A stretch of 63,906 nt of DNA, the filler included, from Globobulimina sp. (taxonomy: Eukaryota), in the NCBI GenBank assembly GCA_003354225.1. It is 56 parts of 56 records of this genome, joined end to end, with 100 filler letters (N's around TTAATTAATTAA, not from the genome) between each part and the next. Parts side by side here need not be neighbours in the genome. Positions count along the whole stretch, not along the records: positions 48,019 to 49,060 come from PIVH01025026.1; positions 49,161 to 50,202 come from PIVH01025027.1; positions 50,303 to 51,344 come from PIVH01025028.1; positions 51,445 to 52,486 come from PIVH01025029.1; positions 52,587 to 53,628 come from PIVH01025030.1; positions 53,729 to 54,770 come from PIVH01025031.1; positions 54,871 to 55,912 come from PIVH01025032.1; positions 56,013 to 57,054 come from PIVH01025033.1; 48 more parts are not named here. One strand, written 5' to 3'. The notes beneath the pieces were generated by a model, which was not told the DNA's origin, ran no database searches, and saw nothing but the letters and a program-made list of their open reading frames with translations. Positions 48,091 to 60,588 of this stretch are shown here, piece by piece (positions within the stretch are counted from its first letter, which is position 1; every line of letters starts with the position of its first letter). The translations under genes and the position numbers were made by a program.

Positions 48091-48871
48091 AAAAAGAGAG
48101 ATTGAAAATAGAGAAGAAAGCGGCTGCGGCAGCTGCGAAAAAGAGGAAATTGGACAAATCCAAAATGACCATTTTTCAGCGAATCACGCATAAAAAGAAG
48201 AAAGCAGTGGAAGTGGAGGAAAAAGGAAATTTGTTGTTTTTGGATATTAAGAATGCTGCGAATGAGTTTGCCAAACGTCAGGAAGAAATGGCGCAGAAAT
48301 TAGAGTCGACATTGAAGGAAAAAAAAGAATTGGCAAAGGGCAAAGTATCTAAATCTGCGCAGAAAGATGCCATTAAACGAAGGGTATCGGCGCAAGTTAT
48401 GGATGGTGGCAATGATAGTGTCGGTGGCTTGGATATGGAAGAAATTAAACGTTTAAGGTTTTCAAACTAAAACAATATATTTTATGTTCTCAGAATGTTG
48501 TCAGAACAGCAAAATAAATGTGTTTTTGTTTTAAATTAAGAGCGATGAATTTAGGCGGTGCGGCAAATAGTGGTCCAATGGGTAATAGTTTGATGATACC
48601 CGGAATGGAGATGGATGAGATAAAAAATGATGATATACAAATGGAGCAAAATGATTACGGGGCATTGCAAGAGCCACAAATGGAAATCAATGAACCTGTA
48701 CCGATACCGGATAGTGATCAGCAGGAAAATGGGCAAATGCAAGAAATACAAGAAGCAGAAGCAGAAGAAATAGAAGATATGAATCAAGATATTGATGTTC
48801 AACAACCTGAAACAACAAATGTTGAATTGAATGAGACTCAAACCACCCAATGGGATGATGATGATTTTTAA
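48091..48871 (+). CDS. Coiled-coil/acidic hypothetical protein, final exons
   Basis: Two ORFs separated by an AT-rich GT..AG stretch (about 48458-48540). Confidence 0.55.
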
Positions 48872-49456
48872 TTTTGTTTTATTGCATATATTGTTTTTTT
48901 TTGTTTTGTGTTGGTAGCATTTTTTTATAATTGTATTTGGGTATTTGGGTTATCGCGTTCTTGTATAAATAATAAATGACCTTTGTTTGCAAACCAATTA
49001 CCTATAAAATGAAATAATAAGCATCCAATATTTATCCTAGCTTTTATAATGTAAAAACAGNNNNNNNNNNNNNNNNNNNNNNNNNNNNNNNNNNNNNNNN
49101 NNNNTTAATTAATTAANNNNNNNNNNNNNNNNNNNNNNNNNNNNNNNNNNNNNNNNNNNNCAAGCAAAGAGTACTAAGTTCATGATGGCAGGTATTAAGA
49201 GTATGATCCAGGAATTACTGTTCCGAAATGGTGTTTTTAAGAAAAGAGGAGGTTTTAGTTGATGTTTTTTTAATGATTTGCCAGCTCACTTCAAGAAAAT
49301 CTTTAAATCAGACATTCCTAAATTCCTAAAAACTATGCAAAAATGCCTATTAATTGTACTTTATGAAAATACCTAAACAATTCCATTCAACAAAAAAAAC
49401 AAAAACAAAACAAAAACATCTACAAAATACTATACAATTTTGAGAAATTGAAAATT

Positions 49457-50202
49457 TTAAATTGATAATTTAAGAAAAATCCCCAAATGGTCGGATGGAT
49501 ATATTTTAATGGGAGTGCCCTGATGTGAGGAATCTTTATAATTCCTCCCAATTAGCCGTATTTTGTTAATATTCACAAAACAATTGCTTTTGATCCAAAT
49601 ATAATCTTTTGTAATTTTATTATTTTTATTCTCATCCCTAGCTCCAACCGCATCCTCCTCCGCTTCATATCTATCATATTTCCACGTATCCGTAGGGAAC
49701 GTCCACTGTTCCTTTCCTTGCTTGTTGGCCACCGCCGATTTATAGCCATTCTGCAGCATAATCCGATAAATATTCGAGTTGGGCGTCGCATTAAAATCGC
49801 CACAAATAATGGTCGCGTCTGCTTTGCATATCTGATTCTGCGCGTTTTCCATCCACTCAATAATTTGCGTAACTTGCTGCGCTGCGCTGTCACCCGCAAC
49901 TTCCTCCGCATTCGCACTCTCATTCTGCTCATGCGATGGCGATAAATGCGTGCATACAATCCAGATCTTCTTCCTTTGCTGTTTCTTAATCCTATTATTC
50001 TTCTCATCCTTTTTCATCGTCACCGACAACCTCTGTCCATACGACGACGTACGCACTGATTGCTGCTCCTTGCTATCTTTCAAAATGTACAAAGCGCGCA
50101 AAGCAATTCGTCGATTCCCGGGTTGCAACGGGATGTACGACCGAAATAACTGATGATTGTTCTTAAACACAATGGCATTGCCAATCTGCGCAATGATGCC
50201 AT
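49457..50202 (-). CDS. Endonuclease/exonuclease/phosphatase (EEP) family protein, C-terminal fragment
   Basis: IGNAI, THL, IICGDFN, TFP, DYIW and PSDH motifs. Confidence 0.88.
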
Positions 50203-50302
50203 NNNNNNNNNNNNNNNNNNNNNNNNNNNNNNNNNNNNNNNNNNNNTTAATTAATTAANNNNNNNNNNNNNNNNNNNNNNNNNNNNNNNNNNNNNNNNNN
50301 NN

Positions 50303-51344
50303 TACACCATCTTTGTCTGTGTTAAATACAATATTGCCTTTCATATAAAAATCATAAACACTATCTACTTTTACAAGAGTTTTTGCACTATTGCTCTTCG
50401 AATAAAGGTCTCCTATTCTTAAATTTTCTACTTCTATATAATTTGTGTTGTTTATATAAAGTCCTGATTCATCAGATTCAGACGGGTCAAAATTAAGCAT
50501 AGCCCCAGAAGACATAGTACCATTATGTTTTTGTGAAACATATGATTCCTGAGGTGTTGATGGTGCAAATATTCTTATATAATTATCAGCATCGCACAAT
50601 ATATCCTCAAATCTAACAGGTCTTTGCAAAGAGTTTTCGTCTCCATAAATAGCTATACCAACATTTGCCTGACTCGAAAACAAAGAATCTGAATATTGAC
50701 TTGATATAAATTGCCTAACACTAAATGCATCGTCGAATGGAATAGAAATTGATGAAACAGTTCCAGACCTGTTGGCTATCGGGCCCCCATTGGTGTCAGA
50801 AACTCTCACTATTGTTGGAGAAAGTATCTCAGATATATAGCAATCGTTTAAAAATGAATTTGAAATATCCAACACCTGCATTCCAACACCTATTTTTTCT
50901 TGAGGTATTGATAGAAACATTTGACTTTCTACAATATCATATTCAGGATTTCCAAACTTTAAATCAGTACCAGTATCCCCTGTAGCAAATACTGCTTTTT
51001 TTGATACAAAATCCCAAGCAGACCTACTTGTGTTTCTGTTTCTTTTTTTACCAGTACAATCTACAACATTATCTTTTAAAGGGGTTCCTGTGCCTCTTTC
51101 GTCATCAATAGATAGGCTGAAATCAAATGATATTGGATTTTTGCAAAGTGTTGGCACAAAATTTTTATTTTTATTATCAAATGTCTCAACCAAAACATCT
51201 TCTCTATCATAAGAATATGTAACATTGTCTGCCTGAAAATAGGAGTTGGAAAAATATGGTCCAGATGTGTTGTTTTGAGATGAGCAATTAATAACCATAT
51301 CGCCATATATGTTGTGTATACCACTCGATCATTATTATTATTAT
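50303..51344 (-). CDS. Large structural or beta-helix-like protein fragment, probably phage or prokaryotic
   Basis: Intronless frame; DADNYIRIFAP....SQKHNG leading into beta-helix-like repeats (NYIEVENLRI; YMKGNIV). Confidence 0.5.
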
Positions 51345-51444
51345 NNNNNNNNNNNNNNNNNNNNNNNNNNNNNNNNNNNNNNNNNNNNTTAATTAATTAA
51401 NNNNNNNNNNNNNNNNNNNNNNNNNNNNNNNNNNNNNNNNNNNN

Positions 51445-51973
51445 GTCGTTGAATAATCGCAATACAAAAATTGAATGGATTCTACGTGACACACAGGTTA
51501 ATACAACAACCCATAATGGCAATTTCCGTGTATTGTTGATTAATAATTTAATGAATGAATATATAAAGAATACGTGTAATAATAAGAATACATATTGTGC
51601 TTTGAGTATATTTGTATCATTATTTGTCAGAAAATATAAAATTGAATAAATATACACAAATCCTCCTGGGTATACTAATGGTCCTGTGTCTCCTTTTAAG
51701 TTTTTGTAATCAAAATCACCTTCAATTACTCCTCTTACTTCTTGCATATAAGCAATCCAATCAATTTCAGTATCTTTTTTGGTATTTTATAATTAATTAT
51801 TATGAAAATAATCAAATTTTCGCAAAAGTGGTCATACATGGTATTCTTTGGATGATGAGGTAACTGAAAATTGTTTCAAATATTATTATGGTGCATAGTG
51901 TTATTGTGGGATAATTATTAACGTTGATATTGGGAATTTTCAGTAATTTTGTCAGGAGATTATCTTGTGCCAT
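51445..51973 (-). CDS. ALG3: Alpha-1,3-mannosyltransferase ALG3, N-terminal fragment; intron 51774-51837
   Basis: Spliced II.RIPYTEIDW.AYMQEV, DY..LKGDTGPLVYP.GFVYIY and SRRIHSIFVLRLFND. Confidence 0.96.
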
Positions 51974-52627
51974 GATTACAAAATGTTTTTGCATATATGC
52001 AAACAGGAAATGCAGTTCAAAAAAAGTAGCTCAAGGACTTTTACAATGTCAAATAATATCAGTTGTAACGGTACATACAATTGCAGTTGCCAACCGTCAT
52101 GGTTATGCTGCATTTTATTGAGTGTGGTAAACACTACATTATATGTGCTTATTTTATATATTATATGTGCTTATATTTCAATGCAAACATCAAACATTAA
52201 AATACAGTTTTCATTACAGATTTTTATGATACATTACATCAACGCTCTAATCAAAAATGATGTGAAGGACTACACTCAATTACTGTCATCATCAGCAGAC
52301 TCAAAAAACATCACAATCAATATTTTGGATGTTCAAAATTTACAGATTCAAATACCAAAAAATAAAATATTTTACGAGGTCAAAAACAATGCAAAATTTT
52401 TCACGGAAAATAAACATTCTCCGCATCTGGATAAATTATATGGAACCGATGAATTATCAAAAGAGGAAATACATAGAACATTAAGANNNNNNNNNNNNNN
52501 NNNNNNNNNNNNNNNNNNNNNNNNNNNNNNTTAATTAATTAANNNNNNNNNNNNNNNNNNNNNNNNNNNNNNNNNNNNNNNNNNNNGACTGGATTCGACC
52601 ATCTTCGCGCGGTGGATGAAGTATATT

Positions 52628-53026
52628 TCAAGTATTCTCGCTGCGTGAAATCTCTGGGTCCAGGTATTCAAATGCTGCCGTGAAAATACTCATCCGAGTC
52701 TCAATATCAAGGTCTTGAAATGATGATGAATTTTTGATATCTTCGTAATGGTCAACGAATAAATGTAATTCAATCAATAATTGATTCCGCAGTGATGATG
52801 ATTGATAAACCATGGGCCATGAGGGCGACTGAATCACTTCTACCGCGTTCATCAGAATAAATTCGACAGCATTAGCTTTCAAAGCCTCATCATGACGATC
52901 ATCAGAATCCAGCAACACTTCGACAACATTCTCCACGGTGAGATTCACGTTGCGCTGCGAAACTACTGATCCATTTGGGGAAGTTTGTCCAATATTAACC
53001 CTGGGTGTTTTCCTAGTCCTGGCCAT
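52628..53026 (-). CDS. Small protein with a histone-H3-like N-terminus and a SPOP/BACK-like helical segment
   Basis: MARTRKTPR start; LTVENVVEVLL.SD.....LKA.AVEFI..NA.EVI.S..W resembles the helices after BTB in SPOP-like proteins. Confidence 0.65.
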   Translation of the reverse strand: MARTRKTPRVNIGQTSPNGSVVSQRNVNLTVENVVEVLLDSDDRHDEALKANAVEFILMNAVEVIQSPSWPMVYQSSSLRNQLLIELHLFVDHYEDIKNSSSFQDLDIETRMSIFTAAFEYLDPEISRSENT

Positions 53027-53061
53027 TACGTATTCGGATTTATGAGTAGCTCTCTCGAGAG

Positions 53062-53187
53062 GCCGCCCGGACAAGACCGTGGGAAGGAAGATTTTCCAAA
53101 CAGCTACTGGACTCGCAATTTATGACTACGAACTCGATAGTGTCAACAAGCCGCCCGGACAGGACCGTCGAAAGGAAGATTTTCCAA
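53062..53187. repeat. 38-bp direct repeat, two copies, period 88
   Basis: GCCGCCCGGACARGACCGTSGRAAGGAAGATTTTCCAA at 53062-53099 and 53150-53187 (35/38 identical). Confidence 0.9.
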
Positions 53188-53294
53188 TCTGCTGAAGCAT
53201 TCACAAAATAAATTTCACCTACTAATATTCTCTATCTGCGGAAAAAACGATTTTGCATTGGCCTCTGAAAATGTTTTACTTAGTTGTATTAACG

Positions 53295-53628
53295 TCATTC
53301 AATCCATTGATTTCCGAGGCATCTAGCACAGGTACCATCTTGAATAATACACTTCCCATGAACAAAGCCATTACAATCCTTGCAAGTAACACGTTGTTCC
53401 TCATTACCCAAGAATAACCCATGGTCATTTAGGCATTGGTCCTTCGTGCAACACAAGCAATCTTTGCAGTACTTGTTACCGTCTATATCTGTCGTTTTAT
53501 GTCCGAGAAAATCTTCAAGGCACTGTGCATGAAACCTATTTGTGCAACGATGACAAGTCAAATCGGGATCATTATCAAAATTGCCACAAAACGAGCAAAT
53601 AATACTAATACGAGGAAGAGGGTCAAGA
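53295..53628 (-). CDS. Tandem PHD-like zinc finger protein, C-terminal fragment
   Basis: C..C...FH..C......YC..C and C....C...C..C...VH..C......C..C. Confidence 0.7.
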
Positions 53629-53728
53629 NNNNNNNNNNNNNNNNNNNNNNNNNNNNNNNNNNNNNNNNNNNNTTAATTAATTAANNNNNNNNNNNNNNNN
53701 NNNNNNNNNNNNNNNNNNNNNNNNNNNN

Positions 53729-54770
53729 CAAGACATGGAGGGTATATGCGTGAACTGTGAACAACCGGGTCATTTTATTCGAGAATGTTCAAATCCAACG
53801 AAGCCCAACAGTCCGGTGGATAAGATGCAACGGAATAAAGCTATATATGATGCTTATGTGGCAGGGTGCCCGAGGTACTTATATGGACACAGTCAAGAAA
53901 GAACGTTTATGGCAATACCTGTGACACATTCTACAATAGCACAAGAAGAACCGAATACATTCTGTTTATTGCCACCGCAAACTTTCTTTTCTGAAAAGAA
54001 AAGTATAGTTGCAGTAATGGTAGCTACAACAACAAGGACTGATGAGTCAAAAGAACAACAAGAATCAGTAGTAGTGAGACCACAGACTACTGAATGCCCA
54101 CAACAAGAAAGTAACGGCCAACAACAACGAGAACAAAATTCGCCAGGACAGTTGACGGATACATCAATACAAACAGACGACATGACTAGGGAGAATGTCG
54201 ATGATTGGTTACATCAACAACCTCAAGGAAGCCGACAGAGAACATCGATCAGAGGAAGAACAGAAAGAGAAGAGTACAATGCTGAGATGAAATGGTTGAA
54301 TCGACTGTCAACGGATTTGGAGGATTTTTGGTATTTACAGAAACCGAAAATTCCATTTGGCAGACAAGACCGTATTGAAGTATTGGACGAAACAATGGGA
54401 TTGCCAACACCTACTGGAAGGACAGGTTCGGTGAGATGCCCATGTCAACCGGTTATAAGTGGTAATGTAATGGACGATGGAAAAGAGTCAAAATGGTCAA
54501 TTATGCGACAGTTAGTCGAATTGCAAGAAATGTATCAGACGAAAGGATACAGTGACCCAAAAGAAATAGAACGATTGGAGAAGATTTTGAGATCAATGGG
54601 GGGAAGACAAGAAACACCCAAGACGTATGTGGCAGAACAGGAGGTACCAAGAATTAGAAACCTCAAACGAATGTGTAATCCAGACACCTTAGAATTGAAA
54701 GCCCCAAGTACTCGAGAAGAAGCACATAAGCTGGGACCTGCAAAGACATTACAGTTGCTAGGTATGGAAA
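53729..54770 (+). mobile_element. Retroelement Gag-like fragment with a CCHC zinc knuckle
   Basis: CVNCEQPGHFIREC (CX2CX4HX4C) in an intronless, purine-rich frame. Confidence 0.65.
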
Positions 54771-54870
54771 NNNNNNNNNNNNNNNNNNNNNNNNNNNNNN
54801 NNNNNNNNNNNNNNTTAATTAATTAANNNNNNNNNNNNNNNNNNNNNNNNNNNNNNNNNNNNNNNNNNNN

Positions 54871-55442
54871 AGGAGGAAACTTTGAATGAAGACAAAATCA
54901 TTTATCATTCTGTAGGCTGTGCAGGGATTCACCGATATCATTGATAACTGTGCCATTAAATGTTGATCATATTTCTCAAAATCCGATGTGGAAACAGTTA
55001 ATGGCATAACATCTGTTTCTTTACAGGTTATGAATTGTTGCCAGGTTCCTAAAAATGGTGTTGACGGAATCACAAATTGACCAATGGATGGCGAGTTTAA
55101 TGAACATGCTTTGCCCTTATTTGTGACTTCAAATATTCCTTCATTACCACAATAAAAATTTGGTGATAATGACTTTGGTAAAACTCCGTATTTGCCTTCA
55201 ATTATATTGATATCGGATGGATTTATTGGCGATGCATGAGCTTTTAATAACAAGTCATTCGATTTGGTATTAAAATCGATGTCATTTGCAACTATAGAAC
55301 AGGTATTTAATGGGGCACCATAAGACGTTATCGAACAACCATAAGATGTGATAGAACTACTCAATGACCGATACGATTGAAAAAAATAGCTGCATTTTGT
55401 TCGGTTTGTAGAGAACAGTTTAGCCACACGCTTCAGTGCCAT
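54871..55442 (-). CDS. MECR: Mitochondrial trans-2-enoyl-ACP/CoA reductase, N-terminal fragment
   Basis: Transit peptide; SPINPSDIN.IEG.Y, GNEG..EV, G..VIP....GTW and SVNPCTAYRMI.DFV. Confidence 0.92.
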
Positions 55443-55536
55443 GATGACATCAGATGTACTACGCTTTGGCAGTTTTTTTCTGTATACATAATTCAATCCT
55501 GAATTCCTGAAAAGAGGTAAAACACACTTTGGACAG

Positions 55537-55912
55537 ATGAAGACTTTGCTGTTGTCGCTTGTAACTATATATATATTGCCTCCATTGGTGGTGTGAATTG
55601 TGGATTTGTACGGGATTTGCCAGCCTTGAAGAATGAATGGATGAGATTATACGCAGAAAGTGATTGGAAAGGCTTGACAGATTTATATTGGACAGATTGT
55701 AATATGATGCCACCAAATGCACCGACTATGTTTGGCCATGAAGCAGTAAAAAATATATTCAGTAGAGCCAAATCGTCAGGAATTGAAAGGGTCGAATTGC
55801 ATTCGGGTTTTGTTAAACAAATTACTTTTGATAATGGTCTTGATAGAGGACGCTATTTATTTTGGAATAAGAATGGTGAGATTGTTGATGCTGGGAAATA
55901 CATGATTTGGTA
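55537..55912 (+). CDS. Secreted NTF2-like (DUF4440/YybH) protein, frameshifted at a (TA)n tract
   Basis: L..LY..D...MPPNAP...G.EAV..F..G.Y.....G...D.GKY..W; deleting one TA at 55566-55576 fuses it to the signal peptide MKTLLLSLVTIYIASIGGVNC. Confidence 0.7.
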
Positions 55913-56012
55913 NNNNNNNNNNNNNNNNNNNNNNNNNNNNNNNNNNNNNNNNNNNNTTAATTAATTAANNNNNNNNNNNNNNNNNNNNNNNNNNNNNNNN
56001 NNNNNNNNNNNN

Positions 56013-56525
56013 GATTTTGGATCGATCGGTTTTTCGGCCAAGATTCTTTCTGTTGGGGAAATTGTCAAAACTGCATGGAATGAGCGAGTGAAGAGAGCTG
56101 AGATGAAAGCCATGGAGAAAATGAGAGAAATGAAGCACACTCAGCCAAAAACTAAAAAACCGGGATTTTTTAATTTTGGGGGCAGTGGGACTGCGAATAA
56201 GGGCAATATGGATATTGGTGCATTGCTACAACAAATGAATCGCGGCGATGTGAAAGGAGATGAGTGGAAAGGACCAAATATCAAAGGATTTGATTATGAA
56301 AATTTGAGGCAGTTTGTTGATGAAATGATGGAATATCAAGCGAATGAATTTGAAAAGAAATTGGAAAATGAAACAAAGGAAACAGGTTTAATTGCGAGTG
56401 GCAAACAAAAATTGAGACACAATGCAGAGAGAGTTTTGTTTAATTTCACGCATAAAACGAGAGGTATTATGGCAAGGGGAATGTTAAGGAAAATGAAACA
56501 AGATGAAGACAAACATAATAAATGA
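56013..56525 (+). CDS. Hypothetical protein, C-terminal fragment
   Basis: Open frame from the contig start to TGA. Confidence 0.55.
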   Translation, partial: DFGSIGFSAKILSVGEIVKTAWNERVKRAEMKAMEKMREMKHTQPKTKKPGFFNFGGSGTANKGNMDIGALLQQMNRGDVKGDEWKGPNIKGFDYENLRQFVDEMMEYQANEFEKKLENETKETGLIASGKQKLRHNAERVLFNFTHKTRGIMARGMLRKMKQDEDKHNK

Positions 56526-57596
56526 TCTCTTTGTACGTACTATGACTGCTATCTTTGTTGTGACCGTAAATCAATGTAAAATAAGTAACGTAGTGTTGTT
56601 ATAACTATTTTGCAGAAACACCTCAAAATAAGAAAAATACACATAACTAATAAAAACGCAGTCAATTTATAGATAATTGTTTTATTAAAAAGAAATTCTG
56701 ATTCTGTGTAGGTTGGACATAAATATTTACTGTCATTTCTTGATGGGTTTCATTTTCTGGTATTTTAAATTGAATTTCTTTGATATTTTTACAATAAATA
56801 AAATTATAAACATGATTAACATCAATCGCCAATGTTTTCAAACGTTGGTTGGTGATAACGACTTTGTCATAACAACCAATATACATTCAAAATGCTTTTT
56901 TTACAAATGTAACAACTTTATATAAAACTAAAATGTATTTAACTTTTTTAGCTTAGTTTCGTTTCGTTTCATTTCAACGATTAGCAAAGTTTTTGGGTTA
57001 GCTAGAGTGGTTTTCAACCTAGTATTCGATGACCTAGGTCAACTTTGAATACTANNNNNNNNNNNNNNNNNNNNNNNNNNNNNNNNNNNNNNNNNNNNTT
57101 AATTAATTAANNNNNNNNNNNNNNNNNNNNNNNNNNNNNNNNNNNNNNNNNNNNCGGCTATTTAGTACATATTGAGAATGACTGTTCCGTCGCTTTTTTA
57201 ATTAATCAAGATTTAAATATTCAGACTGTTGGTTTGCAAATCGTTGCAAAGCATCAAAATATCAATTTAATGGTTGAGTCATCGACACCAATTTTAATAC
57301 CCACTGCTTTTGGCTATATCACACAAACATGTATATTCAATGTGAATTTCAACCAACGGACCTCGCCCCAAAACCAAGCAGCACCCTTTTATTTGTCCAA
57401 TATTTTCGATCAAGTTAATATTTCAACTGAGGATATAGAAGCAACTGATATTCAACAAACTGGATATCAATTAACATTATTAATTGTTACTAAATCATTA
57501 GTAGCCAATCACAAAGAGCTTCATGTTATTTATGGTAACATACCATACGATTTAGCTGAAGTATGTACTAAAACTACTAGTTTGGTTTGATAATTT

Positions 57597-58196
57597 TTGT
57601 GTGTTTGCATTTGTTTACAGAAAACTACATTAAATTCATTCGAAATTGCGCAAATAAGAAGATTATTAATTGGCATAGCAACAGGTACAAAACAACAAAG
57701 AGTCGCGGCAAAACGCGTAAAATATAAAGTAGATATTCCATACTCGTCTAAAACACCACCAATTGTCATGACCCCCAACACAAAGTCAGCTAAAGTCAAA
57801 AATGCAAAACCCGCAATCAGTCAATGTGATGTTGTTTTTTCTTTAAGTAAGGGCACAACCTGCACAATCAAAGGAATATTATATCAAATTTTACAAAAAC
57901 TTGGATCTGGCAGTCATGGGAATGTTTACAAAGCATTTCAATATTCAAAGTCTCCAGAAAAGATCACCACTGTGGCTATCAAGAGCTTTACAAATAAGGC
58001 AGTGTTTGTGACTGAAAATACAGTATTCGCTGAATTTAAAGGTGTTCATGGTGTGGTACAACGTATTGATGCATCATTAGCCACAGCGCGTTCGTTGCGG
58101 TATCTGATTGTAATGGAGTACATTCCGAGTGGTGATTTAGAATTGTTTATGGATACTGTAGAGTTTCAATTCACCACTCAACAAATAATCGATATT
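57597..58196 (+). CDS. Ser/Thr protein kinase N-lobe, fragment
   Basis: LGSGSHGNVYKA, VAIK, E (alphaC) and LIVMEYIPSGDL. Confidence 0.88.
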
Positions 58197-59611
58197 NNNN
58201 NNNNNNNNNNNNNNNNNNNNNNNNNNNNNNNNNNNNNNNNTTAATTAATTAANNNNNNNNNNNNNNNNNNNNNNNNNNNNNNNNNNNNNNNNNNNNATTA
58301 AATCCATTGCAGAAGCTAAAGGGATGAAAGGTGCAGACAGAGATAAATATTTGAGTGCATGTATACGGAATGACAAAAGATGCATTTGGGAAACAGCCTG
58401 GTTGGAAACAAAAACAGCAGAAACAGAAAGCCGTATTTTGGTGATTTGGGATTTTCTGCAGTCGTATGAATAGACATAACTGTAAATACTATAATTAAAT
58501 ACGCGCACAGCTACAATTTTGGCTGATTTTCAGACATGGCAAATCAAAGCACTCAAAACGACCTAAAATATGAAATGTCTTATTTTTTCGTTCATATCAT
58601 TAATAAACAAGTCATGTAACAATATTTTAACTTTTATAAGACCTTTGGCAAGAGACATCACATATTCGCACCTTTGATCATTGTATACATATCTGAACAA
58701 TTTGAACTTGTTTTCGTTTCTATTAAAAGTGTTTGCAATGAATGTCATTGGTCGAGTTGTGTGATATGTAAAGAGCTTCTTTACATCAATACGTGTATTA
58801 TTTGTGTCTCGATACGTATGTCAAATCACGAATGAAATTATATTTCTATATTGTTTTTTAGTCTCGTATTTTCTTTTTTGTGCAGATGATTAATTGTGTA
58901 ATATTGTATATTATGTAAAATTAAAAGCAAAACGTATCAGATCGGATTCAGACAAATTACATCAATATAGTTTGATACCTGTACTTTTCCCGTGAATAAA
59001 AGACTTTTAAACTTGTCATTGGTCTTGAATTGATCGTCCTTGTATCACAATATGAGATTCATCCCTCATTTGGATTCTGTGTATACACAACACTGTCGCG
59101 TGTGACAGTGCAGTGTTTTTTATTTTTACTGAATGTTGGTTTGAAATCTTGCTTCATGTTCATGTCACCCTTATTAGGGGGTCTGGAGAGTTCAAGCATA
59201 CAATTAGAAACAAATCAGAATAAACATATCCAGACACAAATATATCACTGTCACATTCTGATAAAAGCTGCAACCGTTATCTATTAAAAAGAAACAAGGT
59301 TACGTTGCATATTTTACTCCTATGTCATATCACAAGTANNNNNNNNNNNNNNNNNNNNNNNNNNNNNNNNNNNNNNNNNNNNTTAATTAATTAANNNNNN
59401 NNNNNNNNNNNNNNNNNNNNNNNNNNNNNNNNNNNNNNAAATTCATCAGTGAGGTTGTCAATGAATTAAAAATCCTTTGGAAATACCTTATCTTTAGCTT
59501 TCTTTATATCATTGAGCATCTCAACATTCCTTGCTGTACTGGGGAGCTGCTCCTTGAAAGCAGACCTCGCGAGCCCACTAGGAAGGTGCCTTATACACAG
59601 ATACAGGTTTC

Positions 59612-59945
59612 ACCGACGGAGATACCGGATAGCGGATTGTTGTGCGATTTGTTGTGGAGCGACCCTTTGGCGGATATTAAAGGATGGGACAACAATGAAC
59701 GAGGCGTCTCGTATACGTTCGGCAAAGATATCGTGTATAAGTTTTTAAAGAAACATGATTTGGATTTGATTGCCCGCGCACATCAAGTGGTGGAGGATGG
59801 ATACGAGTTTTTTGCAAAACGAAAATTGGTGACAATCTTTTCTGCGCCAAACTATTGCGGCGAGTTTGATAATTGTGCCGGCATTATGTCGGTGGATCAG
59901 ACTTTGATGTGTTCCTTTCAGGTTTTACAACCGCTAAAGCAATAA
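59612..59945 (+). CDS. PP1: Protein phosphatase 1 catalytic subunit, C-terminal fragment
   Basis: [59 protein letters not shown]. Confidence 0.96.
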
Positions 59946-60176
59946 TATTTATTGTGTCTGTCATGTTTTTGTTGATCTTTTTTTCTCTCATTTCCTAACA
60001 AGTGTTTCAAATGTTAAAAACTGCGGTGTGCACAATCCAATGAATACTTTAGAATAGGACCTGTTTGAAACACTTTCTTTGCACTGCGGCAGGATTTTAA
60101 ATAATACTTGTTTTCTTGAGGTTTTGTCACTTAAACAAAATAGTGTTACAATCACAACAACCAAAGTCGTTACTTT

Positions 60177-60480
60177 ATGTCTGACACCTTTCAATATTTT
60201 GTAAAGAATTCATTCGCCATCAAAGATAATGGAAAAACAATCAGAAAAAAGGATGATGATGATGATTGGCGAACTGTGTATGGTGGGCAAGTCGTGAAAG
60301 GAAGTGGCATTTTTATATGGCAAATAAAAATAAATAACTTGTGTAATTGTGTAATCGGAATCGACGACGCAAATCATAAACATACAAAAACACGCTTTTA
60401 TGGTCAATCTGATTCAACCATTCATTATGGATATGATGATGAGGGTTATAAATGGGATTCAAATGGTAAACGTAGTGAAT
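60177..60480 (+). CDS. SPRY/B30.2-like domain, fragment
   Basis: D.F......I...GK.I....W.TVYG.......F.W.IKI......IGI. Confidence 0.65.
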
Positions 60481-60588
60481 NNNNNNNNNNNNNNNNNNNN
60501 NNNNNNNNNNNNNNNNNNNNNNNNTTAATTAATTAANNNNNNNNNNNNNNNNNNNNNNNNNNNNNNNNNNNNNNNNNNNNTTTTTATA

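Noticed and set aside
53062-53187. Two-repeat CRISPR unit
   Set aside because: Only two copies with three mismatches, no third repeat or cas gene, and flanked by eukaryote-type domains.
58297-59338. Structured RNA or gene in an ORF-poor contig
   Set aside because: No tRNA or rRNA signatures, long stems or convincing reading frame seen.
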